Assembly: GCA_965203095.1 (NCBI GenBank)
Contig: OZ241877.1
Location: 768,001-832,000 of the forward strand
Direction of reading: 5' to 3'
DNA length: 64,000 bases
DNA from: Bdellovibrionales bacterium
GTDB taxonomy: Bacteria; Bdellovibrionota; Bdellovibrionia; Bdellovibrionales; UBA1609
Part shown: positions 11,985 to 21,828 of the stretch, one piece after another
Numbering within the stretch: the first letter of the stretch is position 1
Layout of the letters: every line of letters begins with the position of its first letter
Program-made: the position numbers and the translations under genes
The notes under the pieces: generated by a model
Databases searched by the model: none
Told to the model about the DNA's origin: nothing
The model's input: only the letters and a program-made list of their open reading frames with translations

Positions 11985-12740
11985 CTATCTAATGGGAGGG
12001 CTATGATGGCATTGGTTTTCCTCACTATAAGTCCAACCCATTTGGCCAGCTCCCGACTCAGAAGTATAATGTTCTATCAAATAAGATTTGCTGGGTAGCT
12101 CTATCTCTCCATTCCAAGAACTCAAAACAATTTCTTGTTCCCCCTTTAGCCGGACAATGCGAATTTCATGCCCTTCTGGATGATAAGGGAGATAGGCATC
12201 CACATGGCGATAATCTAAAATCCCATCCTCAGGTTTTATTTTCCAAGATTCTGGAGCCCAAGGTTCCTCAGCATCTAAGAGCCATGGTTTTTCAGCATAT
12301 TCCCTCGCTATATAAGCCTCAGAGTATCTTCCCTCCTCATCGTAATTCTCTGGAGAATCCAACCTTAAAAAATCTTCTGCCAACAAATTGCCATTTTTAT
12401 CATAAAGCCTAATCCTTAAATCCTCCCTATAAATAGCTTTCTTATTTTTTTCCTTATTATAACAATAAGATCTGCCGGAAAAATTAAACTTCTCATCTCC
12501 ATAGTCTAAGTAGTGAGGATATTTTTTCTCAAAAATCTCACCTTCCTTGAGGTCTCTACCTTCAATCATTTGTTGTTTTAGCTTCTCTAATCTTCTCGGA
12601 TCTTCAGGCCAATACCAACCATAAGTAATGATCTCCTCTAAGTCCTTCTTAGGAAAATCAGGCAGTTGTTTTTTCCTCAAACAACTGCATGAAAAAAGCA
12701 AAATCGCAAACAAAACACTATAAAGAAAACTTTTTGGCAT
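11985..12740 (-). CDS. Hypothetical lipoprotein
   Basis: Signal peptide with lipobox-like LFSC; GGAGG RBS upstream. Confidence 0.7.
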   Translation of the reverse strand: MPKSFLYSVLFAILLFSCSCLRKKQLPDFPKKDLEEIITYGWYWPEDPRRLEKLKQQMIEGRDLKEGEIFEKKYPHYLDYGDEKFNFSGRSYCYNKEKNKKAIYREDLRIRLYDKNGNLLAEDFLRLDSPENYDEEGRYSEAYIAREYAEKPWLLDAEEPWAPESWKIKPEDGILDYRHVDAYLPYHPEGHEIRIVRLKGEQEIVLSSWNGEIELPSKSYLIEHYTSESGAGQMGWTYSEENQCHHSPPIR

Positions 12741-12770
12741 TCATCCCTCCTTTTTTATCTTTTCTGCAAA

Positions 12771-12792
12771 GCTCCCGTGAAAACGGGAATCC
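12771..12792 (+). repeat. dRS3/CGTC-like palindromic element (5' eroded)
   Basis: GCTCCCGTGAAAACGGGAATCC followed by AGAAAAGCTTGC, similar to the flank of the 1673 copy. Confidence 0.85.
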
Positions 12793-12857
12793 AGAAAAGC
12801 TTGCCTCTACTGAAATACAGAGGACGAAAACAATCATCACAAAAAATTACTATAGCC

Positions 12858-15800
12858 TTATTCTTGGTTTTTGTCCATACTCTTTTGTGTTATTTCCCTT
12901 TTTTGACTTTTTTTCCGCTTTTTCTTTTTCTTCTTAGGGATTGTAGTAGTCAAAATAAGCTTTTTTTGAGGGCTTAAAACCACAAGCCTTAACTTATCTC
13001 TTTCTACTCCCTCCGGTAAATCAAAAACAGCTCTCAAAGGGGAAAAATCAAAAGGTCGCTTTTCTGACCGGCCATTCTCATAAAAAAGCTCCATCTCCAT
13101 TTTTAAAATCGGCCTTTTGATCTCCTTTAAAAGGCTCTGCTCCCTCCATAACTGGAAAAACAATGTGGGAAGTTTAGTGTTTTTGGTCCTGGGGTAAAAA
13201 GAGGGAGTTTTAAGAGCTGTTCTCCTAAGCCTGATTTTAGGCACAACAAAAGCATTTTCATTAGGGTTATAAAAACCAGATATGATAATGGCCTTTCTTT
13301 TCTGATCTTCTCTGTGAAAAGAGTCGGTTTAGCCAAATAAATTTATTCTGGGATCTATCACTGTTCCGTATTTACGCGATGTCCAAAAGATCTTTTGATG
13401 AGTGTCACGGTCTATCCATTGATCTTTAATTGTTTCCCCCTTATTATTCATAATGCTCCAGCGATCTTTGACAAACTCCCAAAGTTGCTTGCCATCCTCC
13501 TGCCAAACCCTTAAACCCTGAGGGATTTTGTATTTAAAACAAGCCTTGACAGACCTCCCCTTAAACTCGCGACAATACTCTACTACCGGCCCTTTTTCTG
13601 GTTTGTAAAATTCTCTTCCTTGGCCTAAGGTATGAGCCAGCTCATGGGCTACTGTTCCCTGATCTACCTGATCTTCCCTCACAAAAGCCACATTCCAACT
13701 CCCACCAAAAAAATCTCTTATCCAGTTGAATGTAAGAATATCCCTCATATTCAAAATCTCCCAAGAAGGGCGAATCACCAGCCCTGCTGAGCCAGGCTTA
13801 TTATTAAAAATAAAAAAATCTTCAGAAACAATGGCAAAAATCTTGTGATAATGAAAACGAGAGCGAATATTCTCCACATTCCCAACAGCCCACAACAAAG
13901 TCTTAGTAATGTCCCCTCTATACTGTGCCGGCTCCGCATTGCAGGAACCTTTAATAAAACTATAACTTTTCTCTCCTGATTTATACCTCAAAATAGAAGA
14001 TTGGATTCCTGAAATGGGAAACATGGAAAGGATATAATCTATCTCATCAGAACGAGCAAAATCCCTTACTCTTTGAAGAGAAACTATGTCATAACCTGTC
14101 TTTTTATCAGGGCTTGCATAGCAGTTTTTTCCACCATATATCCGGGTAAAAGCCAATTTTAAACTATGGGTTTTAATAATTTTTATTTGAAAACTCTGTT
14201 TCCTGTGGCAAAATTCATTATCTGCATGCTCACCCATAGGAAAAAGAGTGAATTGAACATGATGATTGAAATTGGCTCTTTTTAACCAAGCCTCCTGCAT
14301 AGGAAGAGGGAAAAACTTATAAGATCCTTCGGCTTTTAGATCATCTCTTGTAAAAGAGCAAATATCCTCCTCCCCCTCTTTCATTACCCCTTTCTGGGGT
14401 TCATGAAAACATGTTTTGTAATATTCCTTCTTATTGCCAGAAATCAATAAATCAATGGCAAATTCTTTTTGCCTGTTCATCCCACCCCTCCTCAACTTCA
14501 GTAAAACTCCAGCAGGTTTTCCCCTTACCAAATCATAGTTGTTGTAAGGTTTTTTTGCTTGGCTTTTCATAGGCTCTATTTGAGGAGCTTTTACACTTTG
14601 ATAAAGGATAGCCGATCTAATCCTTGGCATAGAGACAGGGCATTTTTTTGAGTTGGTATCCGCTTGAGCCAGCACAATGGGGTTTTCCTCTAACTCACTT
14701 GTGCGACTTCCCTTTAAATTTTCAGAAGAATTAGCCTCAATCTCACCATAGCTTTTATGGGATATTTTAGAAAAGCTGACTTGACCTGCCACCTTCCTAT
14801 TTCTATTCCTTCTCCGGGATGGGAAACTTCGGCGACTTCTTATTCTCATAGAAGATCTATTTTCCTTGTTAGAAACTCTTAACTTTTGAGAAAGCTTTTT
14901 TTTGGAACTCTTTTTTGATTTTAAACTTTGCCTGGTCTTGCTGGTCTTTTTCCCCTTCTTTTTAAACTTATGGGAAACCAAGTCTTTATTTTTTTGAGCT
15001 GGTTTAGAGTTTTTTGACTTAGAGGCAGAATGAGTCTTTGAAGTAGAGGCTTTTTGAGCTGGCTTAGAGTGTTTTACTTGATCTTCTTTTTTTTGCCTTT
15101 CAGCCAGTATTTTCTCTAACCGATCCTGCTCCTCAGCCTCCTTTGCCCTCAAACTCTCCTCTTTTTGCTTCCTCAACCTCTCTTCTTCCTCTTCTTTTGC
15201 TCTCCTCTCCTCATCCATTTTCTGACTTTGAGCCTGACGGCACATACTCAAAGCAAAATTGTTGAGGTAATGAGCTGTCTTTAAACTCCTAATCCCCTCA
15301 CAACGAACAATATCCTTTGCCTTAAGATCTTCTCTCAAAAGGGATTTTTTATCTAAACTCTGTTTTTTGTATTTTTCCGCTAAACGGATCATGGCCTCAT
15401 TACAAAACTTCTGATTAGAATTTTGATTAGGGGCTGGGTTTTTTGCCTTCTCTAAAACTTCATCAATAGAGTATTTATTGGGAATGGAAAAACACATCCT
15501 AAAATAATTTTTAAAAGTCTCTAATCTGTTTTCACAATCCATCTCGCAATTTTCCACCCCAAGATTGCAAACATTAGATTGAATATCGGATAAAGAGCTT
15601 ATAAGGCCAGAAAGCTGGTTTAACTGGCAGGAGAGAACATCCCCGCCCGATTCCTCCACACGGCTTAAGCTTTCAGTTTTTAACTGTTGGGCTAAATCCG
15701 AACCATAAGGTTCCTCACAATCAGAAGGATCCCTGCAACAAAATTTAATGTTCTCATAAGTGTTCTCACAGTATTGATAAATCCCCTTACTCTCTTTTTT

Positions 15801-15860
15801 GCAAAGCTTTGCAGACAGAACAAAAAATCCTGGATCCTCACTTTCGCAGGAGACAAAAAG
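12858..15860 (-). pseudogene. Large probably secreted zincin-like metallopeptidase gene interrupted by an in-frame TAA (13329-13331); 5' end also broken
   Basis: HELAHTLG motif; ORFs 13329..15659 and 12858..13244 share one frame separated by a single stop; frame stays open upstream to TGA at 15861-15863. Confidence 0.65.
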
Positions 15861-16082
15861 TCAGGGGGATTATTTAAAATGGGTGGCTACCTCTCCGGAT
15901 GGGTAGATGAGCAAAAAACTGCCGGATACCGGCACTTTTCATAAAAAAAAGGCAAAACTCATAAAAAAAAGTAGTTTTTTCAAGAATATTTTTTGCAAGT
16001 TTTAAAGATAAATAAGGAGGCTTTTAGCCAGAACATGGCAGGAAAATAAAGCCATTCAAAAATCAATAAGAAGGAGGAAAAC

Positions 16083-16511
16083 ATGAAACAAGATAATAAA
16101 CAGAGGGGGCTTAACGGCCACTCACAAACAAAGCCCTTCCGGCCTTTCACTTTTAAAAGGGAAACAACAGTGCCGGGAAAAGTTTGGGCCCAAAATTCAT
16201 CAGGCAAAAAAAACTCTAAATGGTTTTTTTGGCCTAACAAAAAGGGGCAAGGCTTGGTGGAGTATTTAATTCTCATTGCCTTGATGGGAGTGGCAACTAT
16301 TGGCATTGTCCGAACTCTCAATCAGACAGTGAAATCTCGTTTCGCCAATGCCATCTATGCCCTTCAAGGCCGAAACCAAAAAGCCACAACCCATACTCTT
16401 AAAAAAGAGGAATACCAAAGAAGTGACCTTAGCAACTTTATGGCAGGTTCTGCCAGTTCTGACAAAAAAAAGGGAAAAGGCAGTAAGAAACAAACAGACA
16501 AAAGGAGATAA
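16083..16511 (+). CDS. Flp family type IVb pilin with long leader
   Basis: KKG|QGLVEYLILIAL prepilin motif; AAGGAGG RBS. Confidence 0.88.
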   Translation: MKQDNKQRGLNGHSQTKPFRPFTFKRETTVPGKVWAQNSSGKKNSKWFFWPNKKGQGLVEYLILIALMGVATIGIVRTLNQTVKSRFANAIYALQGRNQKATTHTLKKEEYQRSDLSNFMAGSASSDKKKGKGSKKQTDKRR

Positions 16512-16560
16512 GCCCACTGAAAAACCTTTAGCTCTCGTAAAATTAAGGAGTGTCTCATAA

Positions 16561-16917
16561 ATGAGTTTTTTAAAAAAGAAAATTCGATCATCAAAAGGGC
16601 AAAGCCTTGTAGAGGTTTTAGTGCTTTCTCTTATTTTAACAACTCTTATTCCAATGCTAATGGCGTTTTTTTGGATAGGGACAAATATTTTGTGGATAGA
16701 GCATCAGCTTTATCAAGGGCTTTTTTGCACAGCTCAACAAAAACCCATAGAGTTTTGTCGCTCAGTTGTTTTAAAGCAAATTAAAAAGCTGAGCCTTTTA
16801 GGGTCTTTAGGGGACTTAAAAATAAGCCAGTTTCAAAACGAATGGAAAGGAGAAATACGATGGCATTTTTACAAAAAAGATTTTGTAATAAGGCAGAAGT
16901 TAAGCCTCCCAAAGTGA
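16561..16917 (+). CDS. TadE-like pseudopilin
   Basis: SKG|QSLVE + hydrophobic helix. Confidence 0.75.
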   Translation: MSFLKKKIRSSKGQSLVEVLVLSLILTTLIPMLMAFFWIGTNILWIEHQLYQGLFCTAQQKPIEFCRSVVLKQIKKLSLLGSLGDLKISQFQNEWKGEIRWHFYKKDFVIRQKLSLPK

Positions 16918-17642
16918 GCTGTTCAGTTCAAGAACCAGATGGAGGGATAATTTTTAAAAACTCTGGTTTTGTGAGCCTTTTATTTTTGCCTCTTACAGCC
17001 CTAATGATGACAGGCTTTTTAGGCATAGCCAGTTTAAGCTTAGGAATAAAAAATATCACAAGGGCACAATCGGAATGTGCCCGAGTCAACCTTAAGGGGC
17101 AAAAAGAGTTAGGGCTTATGTTGGCAAAAATTTTAAAGCTCAATAGCCGTTCTAAAACCTTGCAAAAATCTCGACAAGTGGTGGAAACAGCTTTACTAAG
17201 TGCTTTGCTTGTTGGCCAAATCTCTTTAGCTAACAATTTAAGAAAAAAGCGAGAGTTTATCAAAAAAGCACAAAAGCTTTTAATAATCCAACAAAAACAA
17301 GTTGTGATTCAGAGTGAAATGCTTAAAAGGAAAACTTTAGCCTATCTTAAAAACCGTTTAAAGAAACTTAAAATTAGCAATGTTCAAGAAAAAACTTTTT
17401 ATAAAAAAGCTTTGGCGATTCAAAGGCAAAAAATAGGGGATCAAGCTTATATTTATAAGCCAGTTCCAGATTTTGTAAATAATCAAAAAACAAGATTTGA
17501 TTGGGAAATGCGACCTTTCGCCTCTTTAGAAAAAGCTCTTTTGTGGTTTTTGCCTACCTCAGCCAAGCTCTCTTCAAACTACACTTGTTCAGCCTCACTT
17601 CAAAAAAAAGGAAAAAAATGGAGCAGTATTCTCTATCATTAA
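16914..17642 (+). CDS. TadG-like minor pilin (GTG start overlapping upstream stop)
   Basis: NSG|FVSLLFL hydrophobic helix; Cys pair; operon context. Confidence 0.6.
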   Translation: MSCSVQEPDGGIIFKNSGFVSLLFLPLTALMMTGFLGIASLSLGIKNITRAQSECARVNLKGQKELGLMLAKILKLNSRSKTLQKSRQVVETALLSALLVGQISLANNLRKKREFIKKAQKLLIIQQKQVVIQSEMLKRKTLAYLKNRLKKLKISNVQEKTFYKKALAIQRQKIGDQAYIYKPVPDFVNNQKTRFDWEMRPFASLEKALLWFLPTSAKLSSNYTCSASLQKKGKKWSSILYH

Positions 17643-17851
17643 AGTTTTTAGAAAAAAGACGGAAAGTGAGAGGGCAAATTTTAATGGAGGCTTTGATTTT
17701 TATTATCTGCACTTTGTCTTTTTTGGTTTTAATCCAGCTCTTCCATTCCCTGGCTCGCCATGAGATACAAAAAGAGAGGCTCTCTCAACAAAAAGCCCAT
17801 AAAGTCAAAAAGGCTCGATGGCTTAGGATAAAAAAAGAGGAAAGGCTGTGA
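17618..17851 (+). CDS. Small pseudopilin-like protein
   Basis: VRG|QILMEALIF motif. Confidence 0.6.
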   Translation: MEQYSLSLKFLEKRRKVRGQILMEALIFIICTLSFLVLIQLFHSLARHEIQKERLSQQKAHKVKKARWLRIKKEERL

Positions 17852-18411
17852 GGAAGGGGTTTAAAAAAATGGCAGGATATTTTTTTCACTATCAAAAAAA
17901 ACTTAAGCAAAGTTTTTTTAAAAAAGTCCCTTTTGTCCAAGGGAGTGCTTTAGAGTTTATTTTTAAAAAATATACTGGGCATTTTTTTATCATTTTAACT
18001 TTGATTTTTTTATCTTTTATAGCTCAATTTTTGCCACTCATGTTTACGGAAAAGCCTCAGCCCCTGTCCATAGATAAGCTCATTCCAAAAGGATTTGTTT
18101 TGCTTCCTATAGAAATTAGCAATGGACAAGACATTATCTCCCTCATAAGTTCTTACGGAGTAGTGGATCTTTATGTCTATTCAGCAAACTCAGGTTTGCC
18201 AGAACAACAGGCCGCAGGATCTGTTAAAATCTTGCCTCCGGATAGGGAAGAAGGTTATTTTTCTGCTTTGATTCCAGAAAAAGAGGCGATTCGTTTATTT
18301 TCGTATTCTGAGCCTTTTTATGCAGTGGTGCAAAATCCAGACAAAAAAGGAGCTAAAGTATATAAAAAAAAGAAAACAAAATCTCTTATTATTGTTGAAG
18401 AGGATTTTTAA
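17848..18411 (+). CDS. RcpC/CpaB-like Flp pilus assembly protein (divergent)
   Basis: TM followed by IPKGFVLLPI...VVDLY resembling the RcpC domain; context. Confidence 0.5.
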   Translation: MRKGFKKMAGYFFHYQKKLKQSFFKKVPFVQGSALEFIFKKYTGHFFIILTLIFLSFIAQFLPLMFTEKPQPLSIDKLIPKGFVLLPIEISNGQDIISLISSYGVVDLYVYSANSGLPEQQAAGSVKILPPDREEGYFSALIPEKEAIRLFSYSEPFYAVVQNPDKKGAKVYKKKKTKSLIIVEEDF

Positions 18412-18463
18412 AATGACTAAAATAGTCGCCTGTAAAAAAGTCTACTTTTAAAGGGAGTAGTGG

Positions 18464-19711
18464 ATGAAGTTTAAGGTATGCTTACCTTTTCAAAAATTCA
18501 GTTGGAAGCTGGTTGATTTTCGTGTTTTTTTATTTGTTTTTTTGCCTTTCCCGCAGGTTTTATTTGCTCAAAATATAAAAGGGCCGGTTTGGTTCAGGGC
18601 TTATCAAACTCCTGTTAAAGAATTTGATGTGCATATAAAAGCTTTGGCTGGGTCCCATATAAATTATGCTCAATATCTTCTTTCTCAAAAAAGGAAACAG
18701 GCTCAATCTTTCCGTTTGCAAGATAAACTGATTACGGCTCAAGAGCATTATCTTTCTGGAGAGGGGCCTCAGGCTATGGAGGTCTTTCAGCAAATCAGCC
18801 AACAGGCTCTTTCAGCCGATTGGGATGAAAAAAACAGACGAATCATTTTGTATTCTTTTTTGCGAATGGCCCAAAGTGAGGAAGATCTAGAAAAAAGAAA
18901 AGCCCTTTTGCTTTCTGTTAGTGCTTTTTCTACTTTCAAAATCAGTCCATCAAGTTATTCTGATTACAACTTATTTCCCCCACCATTGATGGAAGAGTTG
19001 GAGCAAATCCAGAAAAACACAAACACTTTACTTGTGAATTGGGAAAAGCTTTTCCCCCACCATGAAATCATTTTAATCAATGGCCGGCAGATCCAAAAAG
19101 GGCAGAAAGAGGTTTTGCCTCAAGCTTTTTACCGGATCAGTGCTTTTAGCTCAGCTTATCAGCCATGGACACAAAATTTAAATTTGTCGGATTTATCGAG
19201 CCAAACCATAAAAACCAAAAGTCTAACTAAAGGCCCTTGTGGAAAAGAGCAAATCCAGTTGGAAAAAGAAGATCTCTGCCCTTCCCGCGAAACCAGTCAT
19301 TCCCGCGAAAGCGGGAATCCAGAAACCTCTATTCTTCCCACAAAGCTTGCCAAAAATTCTCGCAGACTTTCTGGCTCCCGTGCAAACGGGAATCTATATA
19401 CTTGCGGAAAAGAAGAAGTGGATTTTCAAGTTTTGTCTCCTGTAAATTGTGCAAAGCCCGCGGTTCTATTTAACAAAAACCATCGGGAAGATCCCTCTTC
19501 TTCTATTAAAGCCGATTTGGCTTTGCAAAAAGGTTTGAGCACAGTCAGTTTAGAGGAGTTTTCTGAAGAGAAGAAAGAACAACCGAACACATTTTCTCAA
19601 TTTATGCCTTGGATAGCCTTGGGCACGGGGGTAATTGTGTTTTCTTTAGCTCTTTCCTTAAGCCATGGGAAGAAATCCCAATCCAACAAACAGGGTGATT
19701 ATGTCTATTGA
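18464..19711 (+). CDS. Hypothetical exported protein with C-terminal TM; carries in-frame palindromic-element insertion
   Basis: Signal-like N-terminus, C-terminal hydrophobic helix, SHSRESGNP repeat-derived peptide. Confidence 0.7.
   Translation: MKFKVCLPFQKFSWKLVDFRVFLFVFLPFPQVLFAQNIKGPVWFRAYQTPVKEFDVHIKALAGSHINYAQYLLSQKRKQAQSFRLQDKLITAQEHYLSGEGPQAMEVFQQISQQALSADWDEKNRRIILYSFLRMAQSEEDLEKRKALLLSVSAFSTFKISPSSYSDYNLFPPPLMEELEQIQKNTNTLLVNWEKLFPHHEIILINGRQIQKGQKEVLPQAFYRISAFSSAYQPWTQNLNLSDLSSQTIKTKSLTKGPCGKEQIQLEKEDLCPSRETSHSRESGNPETSILPTKLAKNSRRLSGSRANGNLYTCGKEEVDFQVLSPVNCAKPAVLFNKNHREDPSSSIKADLALQKGLSTVSLEEFSEEKKEQPNTFSQFMPWIALGTGVIVFSLALSLSHGKKSQSNKQGDYVY
19296..19395 (+). repeat. Composite dRS3/CGTC-like element (two palindromes plus conserved spacer) inside a CDS
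   Basis: GTCATTCCCGCGAAAGCGGGAATCC...GCTCCCGTGCAAACGGGAATCT; spacer similar to those after 49717 and 61329. Confidence 0.88.
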
Positions 19712-19775
19712 GCCTAAAGGAATAAAAAACCGCATAAGGCTTTTTCAGAAAAGACGGAAGTAATTTTTATTTATT

Positions 19776-20939
19776 CTATTGTTTTAATTCTGTCCCTTGG
19801 TCAAGAATATCAATGTAATTTTTATAAATAAAAATTTTGTTGTTATGTTTACCTGTTAGTTCTTTTACTAAACCTATTTCCTCCAAAGCTCTTAAAGACC
19901 GTAAGACTGTTTGTAAAGAAGATTGTGAAGATTGCACAATCTTCTTAGTGTTGGATATAGGGTGCTTTTTCAAAGAGTTATATGTTTTTAAAACACCAGC
20001 CGTATCTTTATTCCGATTTTTAATTTGTTCCTCATCGTTTTTAAAGAGGGATACTATCTTTTGAGCTGTATAGAATGCCTGATGAGATGTATCATAAACA
20101 CCTGTTAAAAAAAATTCTATCCATGATTCCCAGTCTCCAGTTTTTCGGACATTTTGAAGTAAAGTATAATACTTTTCTCTGTGATGTTTGAAATACAAAC
20201 TCAAATAAAGTAAAGGTTCTTTTAAAAGATTATTTATACAAAGCATAAAGGTAATGAGTAGTCGCCCAAGTCTTCCGTTACCATCTAAAAAGGGATGGAT
20301 GGTTTCAAATTGCACATGAGCTACAGCTACTTTTATTAAGGTAGGAAGTAAAACCTTTTCATCATGTAAGAATTTTTCAAAATCTCCAAAACAAGTAGCA
20401 ATATGTTCCGGTGGCGGGGGAACAAATATTGCATTCCCTGGGCGAGTCCCTCCTATCCAATTTTGCGAAGTTCTAAATTCTCCTGGACATTTTTCCGTTC
20501 CGCGACCACTGGAAAGAAGTTCCTTGTGAATTTCACAAAGAAGTCTCCTTGATAAAGGAAGTTTTTTAATTCTCTTTAAGCCATAATTCATAGCAGAAAT
20601 ATAGTTGGCCACTTCTATATCATCATTATTTGTTTTATGGTTTCCTTCATTATTTTCAAACAGAAGAAAATCAGAAAGAGAAGATTGAGTCCCTTCTATT
20701 TGGGAAGATAAAATAGCTTCTTTTCTTGTAAACATCTGTAAAAATAACGAAGCATTTGGGAGGTTTGTTCTTATCCCGTTTAACTCTCCTAAAGAAACAT
20801 TGGCCTTGTCTAAGAGCTTGTAAAATTTTTCTGGTTGAATGGGCGGATTAGGAGGTAATGGTTGAGGAATATAGCACTGATAAGTTTCCCCACCTTCTGA
20901 TTTTTTAATAAGCCGGCCGATCCGTTGGTTTTTGTTCAT
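19776..20939 (-). CDS. Fic family protein with N-terminal inhibitory motif and C-terminal winged HTH (start reassigned to ATG 20939)
   Basis: HPFLDGNGRLGR Fic motif; SSQIEG; C-terminal HTH-like LQTVLRSLRALEEIGLV; ORF-track extension is repeat-derived. Confidence 0.92.
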   Translation of the reverse strand: MNKNQRIGRLIKKSEGGETYQCYIPQPLPPNPPIQPEKFYKLLDKANVSLGELNGIRTNLPNASLFLQMFTRKEAILSSQIEGTQSSLSDFLLFENNEGNHKTNNDDIEVANYISAMNYGLKRIKKLPLSRRLLCEIHKELLSSGRGTEKCPGEFRTSQNWIGGTRPGNAIFVPPPPEHIATCFGDFEKFLHDEKVLLPTLIKVAVAHVQFETIHPFLDGNGRLGRLLITFMLCINNLLKEPLLYLSLYFKHHREKYYTLLQNVRKTGDWESWIEFFLTGVYDTSHQAFYTAQKIVSLFKNDEEQIKNRNKDTAGVLKTYNSLKKHPISNTKKIVQSSQSSLQTVLRSLRALEEIGLVKELTGKHNNKIFIYKNYIDILDQGTELKQ

Positions 20940-20943
20940 AATC

Positions 20944-21413
20944 CCATTACTTCCAAAAATACCTAATTTTGGAAGTTCTATAAAAATAACTGACAATTTT
21001 GGAAGTTGCAAGCCTAATACTTCCAAAAATACCTAATTTTGGAAGTTCTATAAAAATAACTGACAATTTTGGAAGTTGAAAGCCTAATACTTCCAAAAAT
21101 ATATAAATATGGAAGTTCTATAAAAATAACTGACAATTTTGGAAGTTAAAAGCCTAATACTTCCAAAAATATCTAATTTTGGAAGTTCTATAAAATAACT
21201 GACAATTTTGGAAGTTGCAAGCCTAATACTTCCAAAAATAGCCAATTGTGGAAGTTCTATAAAAATAACTGACAATTTTGGAAGTTGAAAGCCTAATACT
21301 TCCAAAAATATATAAATATGGAAGTTCTATAAAAATAACTGACAATTATGGAAGTTGCAAGCTCATTACTTCCAAAAATACCCAATTATGGAAGTTCTAA
21401 AAAAATAATGACA
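20944..21413. repeat. Tandem array of ~6.7 x 70-bp units with internal palindrome ACTTCCAAAA...TTTTGGAAGT
   Basis: TACTTCCAAAAAT recurs at 20948, 21018, 21088, 21158, 21227, 21297, 21367. Confidence 0.97.
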
Positions 21414-21463
21414 GTCAATAAAAATTTCAATAAAGTCAAAATAAAATAGAAAGGTGGTCCTTT

Positions 21464-21826
21464 ATGTTCCCCATTATCATACTCATTTTGTCAAGCCTTT
21501 TGCTCTGCCTTATTCTCCTTCTCATCCCTCGCCTTTTTGCCCCTAAAAGCCCAGCCTCTCCTTCTCACAGTGAAGATTATGAGTGTGGGATCGCCAGCCC
21601 GGTTAGAAAAAGTTCTAAAGCTCCTGTTCGGTTTTTCCTGACAGCTATCTTGTTCATTTTGTTTGATATAGAGATTGTTTTTTTGTATCCTTTCGCTCTG
21701 GCCTATAGGGATTTTTTACAAAGCGATCAAGGTCTTGCTGTTTTATTGGCTATGGGTCTTTTCCTTCTGCTTTTTATTTTTGGACTTTGGTGGGAGATCA
21801 AGACTAAAGCCTTGGATTGGAAGTGA
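21464..21826 (+). CDS. nuoA: NADH-quinone oxidoreductase subunit A
   Basis: YECG, FILFDIEIVFLYP, ALDW. Confidence 0.95.
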   Translation: MFPIIILILSSLLLCLILLLIPRLFAPKSPASPSHSEDYECGIASPVRKSSKAPVRFFLTAILFILFDIEIVFLYPFALAYRDFLQSDQGLAVLLAMGLFLLLFIFGLWWEIKTKALDWK

Positions 21827-21828
21827 AT

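Noticed and set aside
12689..12977. Two short plus-strand ORFs
   Set aside because: Repeat-derived and antisense to better-supported genes
13127..13336. 69-aa ORF as a frameshift bridge
   Set aside because: The flanking ORFs are already in one frame; the break is a single stop codon
14990..15070. Repeated SKPAQK segment 60 bp apart
   Set aside because: Ordinary low-complexity linker duplication
20940..21305. LRR-like ORF 21084..21305 and the Fic N-terminal extension to 21026
   Set aside because: Translations of the 70-bp repeat; unit length is not a multiple of 3
20944..21413. CRISPR array
   Set aside because: Units are near-identical along their whole length with no unique spacers, and no cas genes are present
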